24,651 nt of DNA from a virus (IMGVR_UViG_3300032007_000057:64001-88651), one strand, 5' to 3'; counted from the stretch's first letter, positions 1-7,759 are shown. The notes: generated from the sequence alone by a model not told the origin. Program-made: numbers and translations.

Positions 1-1
1 T

Positions 2-376
2 AGTATTGCGTCGGGAGCAAATGCATATACCTTGCCAATAGCAAGTTCATCTAAATTAGGTGGTATTAAAGTAGGATCTAATTTAAGTATAGATGATAAC
101 GGTATTTTAAGTGCTAAAGATACTACTTATGGTAATGCTACAGCATCTGCGGCTGGGTTAATGTCTACTTCAGATAAATCAAAGTTAGATGGAATTGCTG
201 CTGGAGCTAATGCATATTCGTTACCTACAGCATCTGCAACGACTTTAGGTGGCATTAAAGTTGGTTCAGGGCTTGCAATTAATAATGGAACGTTGTCTGT
301 ATCTGGTTCTTCAGTTTTTAGTAGTGATGGCCATTTAGTATTTCCTAATGGAGACGAATTCTGGGTGGAAGCCTAA
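2..376 (+). CDS. Tail fibre/virion repeat protein, C-terminal part (5'-truncated by window edge)
   Basis: The frame is open from position 2 (SIASGANAYTLP...), so the TTG at 32 is not the true start. Two copies of a GANAY(T/S)LPxASxxxLGGIKVGSxLxI unit flank an AGLMSTSDKSKLDGI motif; these motifs recur in phage tail-fibre shafts. The stop overlaps the next start (TAATG). Confidence 0.75.
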   Translation, partial: SIASGANAYTLPIASSSKLGGIKVGSNLSIDDNGILSAKDTTYGNATASAAGLMSTSDKSKLDGIAAGANAYSLPTASATTLGGIKVGSGLAINNGTLSVSGSSVFSSDGHLVFPNGDEFWVEA

Positions 377-2208
377 TGAAATTTAAGTTTAAAAATCAAC
401 AGTTAACATTATATGATACTATGAATGATTGTAGAACTGATAGTAATAAGAAAGGGTATGGCTGTGTAAAAAAAGGTAGTCGCACATATTATTTTGATTT
501 AGTTCCTACTACAGATCCATTTGCTACGGAGTTAAGATATAAAAAGAAAAGTACTGGAACAACTTATGCTATTGCAGATAGCAATTTAAAAGATCTGTCG
601 AGATGGGGAAAGTATAACAAGGATAAATTTGATACAAATAATTATGAAACTGGGACTAATTTAACACAAGATGGTGTAAATTATCTTAAATACGCCAGGG
701 GCATCAATATGACAGAGATGTTTCAGAATTGTTCTAATTTAACTACTTTAGATGCTTCTAATTGGGATACTAGTAATGTTACTAATATGAGTAAAATGTT
801 CTATATGTGTCAAAAACTTAAAACATTAAATGTATCTAATTGGGATGTATCTAATGTTACTGATATGTCACATATGTTTGCTGGAGAAGATTATTGGGCT
901 AGTAGACAAGGTGGTCCTTTATTTACAACATTAGATGTAGCCAATTGGAATACTTCTAAAGTTACAAATATGAGTCATCTTTTTTATAAATGTGAAAAAC
1001 TTGAAACTTTAAATGTACGAAATTGGAATGTATCTAATGTAACTGATATGTCATATATGTTTGGAGGAGAACATGGTATTTCTGGTAAAAGTGTAGGACT
1101 TACTTCATTAGATGTTTCAAGATGGAATACTTCTAAAGTAACCAATATGTCAGGTTTATTTTCAGGATGTACTAAATTAACTACTGTAGATGTTTCAAAT
1201 TGGGACACTTCTAATGTAACTGATATGTCGTGTATGTTTGGTATTACTAGTTGGTCTAGTGGGACTAGATTATCTTTTACTACATTAAATGTTTCTAGAT
1301 TTAATACTTCTAAAGTAACTAATATGGCATATATGTTTCATGGAAATCCAAATCTTTCAACTGTAGATGTTTCAAATTGGGATGTTTCTAAAGTAACTAA
1401 TATGACATATATGTTTGGTTCATATTTTACCATGCCACAAGGATTTACTACATTAAATGTCTCTAACTGGAATACTTCTAATGTAACCACTATGAGTAAT
1501 TTATTTTCTAATTGTGATAAATTAACTACATTAGATGTTTCAAGATGGAATACTTCTAAAGTAACTAATATGTATCAAATGTTTTATGGTTGTAGATCAT
1601 TAACTTCTTTAAATTTAACAAATTGGAATACCTCTAATGTAACTAATATGGCATACATGTTTATGCATTGTAAAGCTATTTCAAATCTTAATTCGTTAAG
1701 TAATTGGAATACTTCTAATGTAACTGATATGACTAATATGTTTTATTCAATGGATACATTAGAATTTATAAATGTTTCAAATTGGAACGTATCCAAAGTA
1801 ACTGATATGACTAATATGTTTGAATATTGCGAGGAATTGACTTCTTTAGATTTATCTAGATGGACACCAGTAGAAGGAGTAAAAATGAGCAAAATGTTTT
1901 ATGGTTGTGGCAATTTAAAAGTCGTTGATTTATCAAATTTTAATACTAATAATAGTGATATGTCTGATTTATTTCATAATACTACAAAACTTCAATATCT
2001 TATCATTAGTTCATCAACTTTTAAATTTCCAATGAATGATGGTTCTTGTGGCGATCTTAATACTACATGTAAAATATTAGTTCCTAGAGCTTTACTAAAC
2101 ACATTTAAAACTGTTACGAATTGGTCTTCAAGAGCTTCTCAATTTGATGCTATTGAAAATTATAATATAACTAGATCTAATGGACAAGTTACCGTAACTC
2201 ATAAATAA
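376..2208 (+). CDS. BspA/DUF285-type leucine-rich-repeat protein, probable receptor-binding or adhesin tail component
   Basis: About 16 repeats of consensus MxxMFxxCxxLxxLDVSNWNTSxVTN, a C-terminal cap (ILVPRALLNTFKTVTNWS) typical of BspA-like LRR proteins, no signal peptide, and translational coupling to the upstream tail gene. Confidence 0.85.
   Translation: MKFKFKNQQLTLYDTMNDCRTDSNKKGYGCVKKGSRTYYFDLVPTTDPFATELRYKKKSTGTTYAIADSNLKDLSRWGKYNKDKFDTNNYETGTNLTQDGVNYLKYARGINMTEMFQNCSNLTTLDASNWDTSNVTNMSKMFYMCQKLKTLNVSNWDVSNVTDMSHMFAGEDYWASRQGGPLFTTLDVANWNTSKVTNMSHLFYKCEKLETLNVRNWNVSNVTDMSYMFGGEHGISGKSVGLTSLDVSRWNTSKVTNMSGLFSGCTKLTTVDVSNWDTSNVTDMSCMFGITSWSSGTRLSFTTLNVSRFNTSKVTNMAYMFHGNPNLSTVDVSNWDVSKVTNMTYMFGSYFTMPQGFTTLNVSNWNTSNVTTMSNLFSNCDKLTTLDVSRWNTSKVTNMYQMFYGCRSLTSLNLTNWNTSNVTNMAYMFMHCKAISNLNSLSNWNTSNVTDMTNMFYSMDTLEFINVSNWNVSKVTDMTNMFEYCEELTSLDLSRWTPVEGVKMSKMFYGCGNLKVVDLSNFNTNNSDMSDLFHNTTKLQYLIISSSTFKFPMNDGSCGDLNTTCKILVPRALLNTFKTVTNWSSRASQFDAIENYNITRSNGQVTVTHK
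709..2020 (+). repeat. Coding tandem repeat array (78-nt base unit) of the LRR gene
   Basis: 26-aa periodicity, with longer units at repeats 3, 5, 7 and 9. Exact 37-nt duplicate at 1106-1142/1529-1565 and exact 23-nt duplicate at 1183-1205/1360-1382. Confidence 0.9.
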
Positions 2209-2227
2209 GAAAGGTGTGTTTATAATT

Positions 2228-2632
2228 ATGACTTCAAGCAATGCTATTGCTGAACTTTTTGATGCAGACCATGAGTGCGTATATAACGATGGAGATCCGG
2301 TAGGAATTTGCATTGATGGAATTGTGAGACCATTTGATAATAATACTGAACTAAAGCCAGTAGAATATGTTGGTGTCGTTTCATTAAATCCATCTTTTAT
2401 ATTGGGTGGTATTACAGGGGCAGTATCTAAAGTTCCAGTAGCTATATCAGGAAAAATTTGTATATGGGTTAATGGAAATGGTAATTTAATTGGAAAGAAA
2501 GTTTTATTTGATAAAGATAAACTGATATTTAGACCCTTTGACAGATTATTTGATTCAGAATATAACGGTATTATTATAAACGTTGAAGGAGAGAATAAGG
2601 ATCGTAGTCTGTGTCATATACTATTGAAATAA
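2228..2632 (+). CDS. Stand-alone protein resembling the C-terminal intramolecular chaperone (Peptidase_G2-like) domain of tail fibres/appendages
   Basis: The motif order AELFD...GDPV...VGVVSLNPSFILG...VPVAISGKICIWV matches the AEYF...GDVV...GVVSxxPxxxLG...PVALxGRVPVKV pattern, recognised by eye. SD AAAGGTG at about 2210-2217; start is uncertain (GTG 2216 or ATG 2228). Confidence 0.55.
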   Translation: MTSSNAIAELFDADHECVYNDGDPVGICIDGIVRPFDNNTELKPVEYVGVVSLNPSFILGGITGAVSKVPVAISGKICIWVNGNGNLIGKKVLFDKDKLIFRPFDRLFDSEYNGIIINVEGENKDRSLCHILLK

Positions 2633-2668
2633 AAAAAAGAGAACAGCCGATTGGCTGTTCTCTTTTTT
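2633..2668. terminator. Bidirectional intrinsic terminator at convergent junction
   Basis: Perfect inverted repeat AAAAAAGAGAACAGCC-gatt-GGCTGTTCTCTTTTTT with A and T tracts on either side. Confidence 0.92.
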
Positions 2669-2687
2669 ATGTTTTGATTCATATGTA

Positions 2688-2705
2688 TATCACAATATTG
2701 TGATA
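2688..2705. other. Perfect 18-bp palindrome TATCACAATATTGTGATA
   Basis: Exact self-complementarity in the intergenic gap between convergent genes; function unknown. Confidence 0.8.
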
Positions 2706-2732
2706 AGTTTTGATATATGTTTAGTGTAATTT

Positions 2733-3383
2733 TTACTCAGCTGGATCTACTTCTGGGTCAGTTTCAGCTTCAGGTTCTCCTTCTTCTTCCTCAACTACAG
2801 GTGTAGGAGTTTCTTCTTGAGTAGGCATAACTGGAATAAAGTTAGAATCAATAGCATCAACTTCTTCTTTAGTAGAAGCTTCTCTAACTAACAATTCTAA
2901 GTGCTGCTGGATACCAACAACTAATGAAGTATACACTGAAGCATTAGTATAATTGGTTCTAATTCTATTTGCAAAAGTGATTATATCATCATTAGTAGGA
3001 TTGGAGTTATTAATTCTAACCTTAAGTAAGCTAATGACAAACTGAGCATTCTCAGTATCAAAGTTATTATTAAGGATATCCAACGCACCTAAGTTCTGCT
3101 GCTCAAAGGTCTTAATCTCGCCATCAGAATAACCTTCACTGATCTGCTTCATAAGCATATTAGATCTATCCTGAATAGCTCTAGCTTTCTGAGATTTAAG
3201 TTCATCTAAGGTAGGCTCAGGAGGAGTAGGAGGAACATACTCTTCAGCAGTATATGGAATATTGAGAAATGCTAACTGCTCATTAGTAACCTCTTTAGGA
3301 AATGAAATATTAGGATACATCTTCTTGAGGTCATAAATTCGAATGGTCTTATTAGTGTCTTCAATTGAACGGTAAATAATCAT
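2733..3383 (-). CDS. Tail fibre assembly-like protein with acidic, Pro-rich C-terminal tail
   Basis: PEPTLDELKSQK start of a helical domain, YSDGEIKTFEQQ and QQHLELLVREASTKEEVDAI pattern typical of tail-fibre assembly/DUF4376-like proteins. SD AAGGGGTG upstream. Confidence 0.65.
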   Translation of the reverse strand: MIIYRSIEDTNKTIRIYDLKKMYPNISFPKEVTNEQLAFLNIPYTAEEYVPPTPPEPTLDELKSQKARAIQDRSNMLMKQISEGYSDGEIKTFEQQNLGALDILNNNFDTENAQFVISLLKVRINNSNPTNDDIITFANRIRTNYTNASVYTSLVVGIQQHLELLVREASTKEEVDAIDSNFIPVMPTQEETPTPVVEEEEGEPEAETDPEVDPAE

Positions 3384-3419
3384 TGATTAAATAAACACCC
3401 CTTCTATAATTTTTATTTT

Positions 3420-3695
3420 TTAAAGTCTCTTAATGTTGTACAAGATATTGTCAATAGTTGTTAAAAAGTTAAAACTATCATTAGATAAGTTATCTTCTTT
3501 AATACAAGCTTCAGTTTCATAGATTTCTTTATCAATATAAACAGTAAAGAACTTGACTATATTTAAGTCAGGATAATACCTTACATATAGATGGTCATTG
3601 ATAGTTGCAAAATGGTTGTCTTTAGTTAAAGATACATAAAGATCTGTGACAATATCTCTATACTTAATAGTCAGTGAGTAAGTAATTTTTTCCAT
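3420..3695 (-). CDS. Hypothetical protein (91 aa)
   Basis: Fills the gap in the minus-strand block and overlaps the upstream gene by 32 nt. The SD (GGGAG) is unusually far from the ATG. Confidence 0.6.
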   Translation of the reverse strand: MEKITYSLTIKYRDIVTDLYVSLTKDNHFATINDHLYVRYYPDLNIVKFFTVYIDKEIYETEACIKEDNLSNDSFNFLTTIDNILYNIKRL

Positions 3696-4209
3696 ATAAT
3701 GTAAAGTAACTCTCCCGGTATAAATTTTTATCTAAAAGAATGTTTTCAGTATCTGGGTATAATTTAGATGCTACATATAATCCAATACTGTCAGCATATA
3801 ATTCTTCTTTATATAAGGCTATATCATACTTTCTATATGATTTAGCATAGTCAGTTTTTATAACTGGAACATTCAGTTCTTTTAAGCTATAGTGATGATT
3901 ATTATAAAGTTCATGACCTAATTCGTGAGAAATAATTTTTACAATATATTTATTTCTTTCTTTAGGTGTATGACCTTTACATCTATACCTAAATACTTTA
4001 GGTCTTAGATATACAATATGTTTTTCACCACACCAACAACCAGCATGTTTAGTAATATCCTTAGATAATTGAATATCCTTATTACCAAAGTTATCTATAA
4101 TATAGTCAGTACATCTACAGTGCATATAGTTTAAGTCTATATTGAAGTGAATATCAAAGAAATTTATACTTCTATCAAAGAGATAATGGATTAATTCTCT
4201 ATATCTTAT
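3664..4209 (-). CDS. Zinc metallopeptidase-like protein (HExxH); probable ATA start at 4209
   Basis: ISHELGHELY motif with downstream YA...EELYADSI (gluzincin-like third ligand). The GTG at 4218 lies inside the SD GAGGTGA, and the only well-spaced in-frame start-like codon is ATA at 4209. Confidence 0.7.
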   Translation of the reverse strand: MRYRELIHYLFDRSINFFDIHFNIDLNYMHCRCTDYIIDNFGNKDIQLSKDITKHAGCWCGEKHIVYLRPKVFRYRCKGHTPKERNKYIVKIISHELGHELYNNHHYSLKELNVPVIKTDYAKSYRKYDIALYKEELYADSIGLYVASKLYPDTENILLDKNLYRESYFTLYGKNYLLTDY

Positions 4210-4222
4210 AGTAATCACCTCT

Positions 4223-4269
4223 TTATTTGTTCAAAGTTCTAAGTCAACTTTTGTATATATATTATGTTA
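4223..4269. promoter_or_regulatory. Divergent-junction motif copy 1 (putative phage promoter region)
   Basis: TTATTTGTTCAAAGTTCTAAGTCAACTTTTGTATATATATTATGTTA, identical to 16696-16741 except for one extra T. It sits between divergent gene blocks. Confidence 0.8.
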
Positions 4270-4308
4270 TTGTATTGAAAGTCTTCTAATTTTATTGGAG
4301 GTGGTAGC

Positions 4309-4443
4309 ATGTGGGAAAAGTTCGTGAAAGAACTGGAGCATGCGGATAAAGTGGAAATCAACGGAAAGGAGTTTGATGCCAAGAAGCTGTTGAAGGCGTT
4401 TGACGAATACGTTGAGTGGGTTGTTGAGTTGCAGGAACAGTAA
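4309..4443 (+). CDS. Small acidic hypothetical protein (44 aa), not in ORF track
   Basis: SD GGAGG, 8-nt spacer, then ATG; MWEKFVKELEHADKVEINGKEFDAKKLLKAFDEYVEWVVELQEQ. Its stop overlaps the next SD. First gene of the block. Confidence 0.8.
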   Translation: MWEKFVKELEHADKVEINGKEFDAKKLLKAFDEYVEWVVELQEQ

Positions 4444-4456
4444 GGAGGAGTTTGAT

Positions 4457-4666
4457 ATGGTTAAGGCGGATTTGAATCTTATTAATAAGCTCATATATGT
4501 GTATCAAGAAATGTATGTGCTTCAGGCGAGTTTGGCGGATAAGGATGATAATGATAATGCGGAGAGGGCTCAGTGTATTATCAGTGAGGTAAAAGAAATT
4601 CTGGATAAGGATTTTGATTATCAGGTAACTGATGCTGATACACCAACGTTCTATATTGATGACTGA
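4457..4666 (+). CDS. Hypothetical protein (69 aa)
   Basis: SD AAGGAGG before ATG 4457; the track's TTG at 4400 lies inside the upstream small gene. Confidence 0.8.
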   Translation: MVKADLNLINKLIYVYQEMYVLQASLADKDDNDNAERAQCIISEVKEILDKDFDYQVTDADTPTFYIDD

Positions 4667-4679
4667 GGAGGGTAATAAG

Positions 4680-4856
4680 ATGACTAAAGATATCATGTCT
4701 CTTCTTGTGCTTGGGGTAGTTAGTGCGATTTCCGTTGTGGGTATGCTAGTGTCGTTTGTATTCGGAAGCTGGGTATGCGTTGCAGTTTGTATGGTTATTG
4801 CAGTTATTTCTAGTGTAGCATTTTTCTACCAGGTATGTGATATGGAGGGCGAATAA
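4680..4856 (+). CDS. Small two-helix membrane protein (58 aa)
   Basis: SD GAGGAGG before ATG 4680; two hydrophobic stretches. Confidence 0.75.
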   Translation: MTKDIMSLLVLGVVSAISVVGMLVSFVFGSWVCVAVCMVIAVISSVAFFYQVCDMEGE

Positions 4857-4857
4857 T

Positions 4858-5034
4858 ATGAACTTTTATCTTACACTTATTTATGGAAGCTTTGGCGTGA
4901 TGAGTATGTTCAGCTGTGTGTATTTTGGAGTACTTCTTAAGCAGGTAATTCCTTTTATGTTCTTTGCAGTAATTGGGTTTTTCCTGCTGATTATGGGATA
5001 TAAGGTTAGTCCATATAAGGAGGATAATAAATGA
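4858..5034 (+). CDS. Small two-helix membrane protein (58 aa)
   Basis: SD GGAGG before ATG 4858; two hydrophobic stretches. Confidence 0.75.
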   Translation: MNFYLTLIYGSFGVMSMFSCVYFGVLLKQVIPFMFFAVIGFFLLIMGYKVSPYKEDNK

Positions 5035-5612
5035 TTTATACTAATCTTGAACTTAAAGTTGATGAAAAAGAATTTACTTTTGGAAAACTTAAAGGAGTAA
5101 CCCTTGGAGAAAGGGGTAGAGGCAGATTTGAAGTATTTCTGCCTGTACCCCCTACATTTGAAAAACTTGAGAAAGGAATGAATGCTAATCTTAGTATTGG
5201 CCTTACGCAAAACAAAAAGTTTAGAATTAATAATGGTGATAATGGTAAGTTGTATCTGATTCTTACGTCTCAGGCTGGATATACCCGAAGAGGTTCTGGT
5301 TATATCTATGAGTTTAAATTGAATGAAAATGATGAGCCAAAGGTAAAGGTCCTTGCTACAGCCAATGGCGCAGATGGAGATGCTGGAAGAATTGGTAGTT
5401 GGGAGGCACAGGTTATGGAAGTAAAACCTGGTGCTATTGTAAAGGTAGTATGGTCTGGGTCTGGTTATGGTATTTGTCCAACATATTATTTTGTTGATGA
5501 AGAAGGGGATGTTGTTGGTGTAGACGAAGATAATATCCAAGATTTTTATGATTATCGCAATGTGGAGATGCCAGAGGCATTTAAAAGAAAGTTCAATAAG
5601 GAGGAAAATTAA
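5031..5612 (+). CDS. Hypothetical Gly-rich beta-type protein (193 aa)
   Basis: SD AAGGAGG, ATGA overlap with the previous gene. LGERGRGR, GYTRRGSG and GADGDAGRIGSW look like conserved motifs, but I cannot name a family. Confidence 0.8.
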   Translation: MIYTNLELKVDEKEFTFGKLKGVTLGERGRGRFEVFLPVPPTFEKLEKGMNANLSIGLTQNKKFRINNGDNGKLYLILTSQAGYTRRGSGYIYEFKLNENDEPKVKVLATANGADGDAGRIGSWEAQVMEVKPGAIVKVVWSGSGYGICPTYYFVDEEGDVVGVDEDNIQDFYDYRNVEMPEAFKRKFNKEEN

Positions 5613-5613
5613 T

Positions 5614-6210
5614 ATGAAAGACCTTTATTGGGAGCAGCTTGTGAAAGACGCTAAAGATACTTCTGTTGATAAAACAGTTCAGGTAGCATTTTTGACTGAA
5701 GCTAATGGAGCATTTTGTCCTACTCCATTTATGTCATTTGGGCCTAAGGTAGATTTGTTTGAAAACAATGATGAGCTTGAAAAAGCCTTTAAGGAAATTG
5801 TAGAGTCATGTAAAGAAATTGATCCAGATATTTCGGAGGATAAACTGAAGAACTTTGCAATTCTGGAGATGCCCATTAATATGATGTTTGATTTGCTTAA
5901 GAGAGAAACTGAATTCTCTATTCTTAACATTCATTTGAAAATTACTCCAGATCAATGTTACGTGCTGGATAAAGCTTCTGATTTTATTCATGACCCTGAA
6001 GTTTCTGCTCAGTCTAAGCTTAGCATTCTGGCACTGAATTATGCTTTAAAGGTTATGAGGTCAATTGACCTTGATTGTGATGAGGGTTCTCATGTTGGAT
6101 ATATCGTAGAGAAACCTGATATGAAGATTACATTGAGTGGAGCGGTAGAGAAATATCCTATTAAGTACTTTGGGGATTGGGATATTGTGATTTATAGGGT
6201 TAGTAGATGA
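5614..6210 (+). CDS. Hypothetical protein (198 aa)
   Basis: SD AAGGAGG before ATG 5614, which is preferred over the track start at 5548. Confidence 0.8.
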   Translation: MKDLYWEQLVKDAKDTSVDKTVQVAFLTEANGAFCPTPFMSFGPKVDLFENNDELEKAFKEIVESCKEIDPDISEDKLKNFAILEMPINMMFDLLKRETEFSILNIHLKITPDQCYVLDKASDFIHDPEVSAQSKLSILALNYALKVMRSIDLDCDEGSHVGYIVEKPDMKITLSGAVEKYPIKYFGDWDIVIYRVSR

Positions 6211-6223
6211 GGAGGAAATTGTT

Positions 6224-6601
6224 ATGGCTGATTTTGTAATGCTTTATGATAATCTAAAAGATACAAGAGAGATTTATTGTGACTATGATGAGATTAAGTA
6301 TCATATTGAGAAGATTTTGAAAGTTAATAAAGCTAGATTGACGCTGGATTATGTGGCGGTAGACCAAAGAATAAAAGTTGTTGTTAGATCAACTGTTTCC
6401 AATGATAGTGTTATCCAACGGGTATATGACGAGCTAAATACTTGGTTTGGTACAACAGATGTAGCAGTAGGAGATAGTAGTCCGAAGTATTATTTGTATT
6501 ATAATAAAGAAAAGGATATGGCTAGGATTGTTTTAGATAATGAACAGGTGTCAGTAAAGGATGGTAAACTAATTGCAGTAATTCAATTTAAAGTACTTTA
6601 A
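6224..6601 (+). CDS. Hypothetical protein (125 aa)
   Basis: SD GAGGAGG; tight gene packing. Confidence 0.8.
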   Translation: MADFVMLYDNLKDTREIYCDYDEIKYHIEKILKVNKARLTLDYVAVDQRIKVVVRSTVSNDSVIQRVYDELNTWFGTTDVAVGDSSPKYYLYYNKEKDMARIVLDNEQVSVKDGKLIAVIQFKVL

Positions 6602-6622
6602 TAAAGAAAGGAGATAATTATA

Positions 6623-6811
6623 ATGGAGAGTATTATGGGAGATAATCTGGTGTTGGAGTTGCATATGGAACAAGCAGTTAGTCATCTTAAGAAGGCAAAG
6701 AATCTTCTTGATGCGGATAAATATGGAGAAGCTAGGCATGAGATTACTAAAGCTCTCCTAGAAGCAGAAGAAATGAAGATGCTGTATAACAAACTTAATA
6801 ATAAAATTTAA
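6623..6811 (+). CDS. Small helical hypothetical protein (62 aa)
   Basis: SD AAAGGAG; amphipathic helical pattern. Confidence 0.75.
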   Translation: MESIMGDNLVLELHMEQAVSHLKKAKNLLDADKYGEARHEITKALLEAEEMKMLYNKLNNKI

Positions 6812-6821
6812 GTATTGAGAA

Positions 6822-6860
6822 AGGGAGATGTCTATATAAGATGTCTCCCTTATATTTTTT
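6822..6860 (+). terminator. Intrinsic terminator-like hairpin inside the + block
   Basis: AGGGAGATGTCT-atata-AGATGTCTCCCT (12 bp, two G-U pairs) followed by TATATTTTTT. Confidence 0.7.
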
Positions 6861-6878
6861 ATCTATGGAGATGATAGT

Positions 6879-7310
6879 ATGTATCAGGATGACATTCTAG
6901 ATATGCTTAAAAATCTTGGTTTAAAGGAAATTAAGATAAAAGATGATTTATGGTCTGGATACATATTTGATTGTGCTAATTATTGTAATGATAAAATGGC
7001 TCCTGAAGAAAAGAGATATCTTCAATGGAGTCCTGCTGATGGATTTACCTTTTTACATGGAGAAGAGGAGTATCGGAAATTTAAAGAATCAGATAGATAT
7101 GACTCTGATGTAGACTGGATTGATGCAGTAATTGATTCCGAAACAGATTGTGTTATTTTTGATATTGGATATTATGAGGAGGCTATGGTACCGTATGAAC
7201 AAGGTGGGTATTGCACTGCAGTGTGTGGGGTGGTTCCTGTAAAATTCTTGGAAGAAAATGGAATTAATTTGGTTTCATTTAAAGAGGAAGGGAATAAAGA
7301 TGCAGTGTAA
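6879..7310 (+). CDS. Acidic hypothetical protein (143 aa)
   Basis: SD GGAG; tight gene packing. Confidence 0.8.
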   Translation: MYQDDILDMLKNLGLKEIKIKDDLWSGYIFDCANYCNDKMAPEEKRYLQWSPADGFTFLHGEEEYRKFKESDRYDSDVDWIDAVIDSETDCVIFDIGYYEEAMVPYEQGGYCTAVCGVVPVKFLEENGINLVSFKEEGNKDAV

Positions 7311-7470
7311 TATCGACATTAATATTGAGTTTTATGATGGTCCAGACGGGCAGCATGTGTATATTGCTGAAGAAAATTCTTCTGGGTGTGACTATAAAGT
7401 AGATAATTTGAAGGATGTAATGGTTCATATTGAAGAGTACATCCGTAATAGGAGGGTTTTTAATGAGTAA
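7300..7470 (+). CDS. Hypothetical protein (56 aa), possible HicB-like beta-beta-beta-alpha fold
   Basis: SD GAGGAAGG before ATG 7300. The pattern IEFxDGPDGxxVYIA...G...VDNLKDVMxHIEEYI loosely parallels the HicB N-domain. Confidence 0.6.
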   Translation: MQCNIDINIEFYDGPDGQHVYIAEENSSGCDYKVDNLKDVMVHIEEYIRNRRVFNE

Positions 7471-7759
7471 GAAATATAATGTGTCATATAAAAGCGTGTT
7501 CCTTTATAATAATGATGGAATTACAGTACTTTTTCCAGGTTTGCCAGGATGTTATACTTATGGTACTTCAGATTCAAAAGCAAAACAAATGGCAATTGAT
7601 GCTCTTAAAGTTTATTGTGAAGAGCTCTTAAGAACAGGCCCCCTGCCTACAAAGATGTCTGATTTGGAGATTAGTAAATGGATTGAAGATCATAAGAAAG
7701 AATGGGGTAAGGCAAAATACTCCATTAAAACAATCATTTCAAATGTGGAGGAATTTTAA
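7463..7759 (+). CDS. hicB: HicB-family antitoxin-like protein (98 aa; no recognisable C-terminal DNA-binding domain)
   Basis: YKSVFLYNNDGITVLFPGLPGCYTYGTSDSKAKQMAIDALKVY...GPLP matches the HicB consensus (V.FPDLPGC.T.G.T.EEA..MA.DAL..Y....G..IP). SD AGGAGG before ATG 7463. Confidence 0.75.
   Translation: MSKKYNVSYKSVFLYNNDGITVLFPGLPGCYTYGTSDSKAKQMAIDALKVYCEELLRTGPLPTKMSDLEISKWIEDHKKEWGKAKYSIKTIISNVEEF

Noticed and set aside
709-2020. Periodic near-identical DNA resembling a CRISPR array
   Set aside because: The units stay in frame within a long ORF, vary at synonymous positions and encode LRR repeats; there are no unique spacers or cas genes.
376-2208. Diversity-generating retroelement acting on the LRR loops
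   Set aside because: No reverse transcriptase and no template/variable repeat pair with adenine-specific mismatches in the window; cannot be excluded elsewhere in the genome.
4680-5034. Small two-helix membrane proteins as holins
   Set aside because: No adjacent endolysin, no holin family motif, and they lie in an early-type context.
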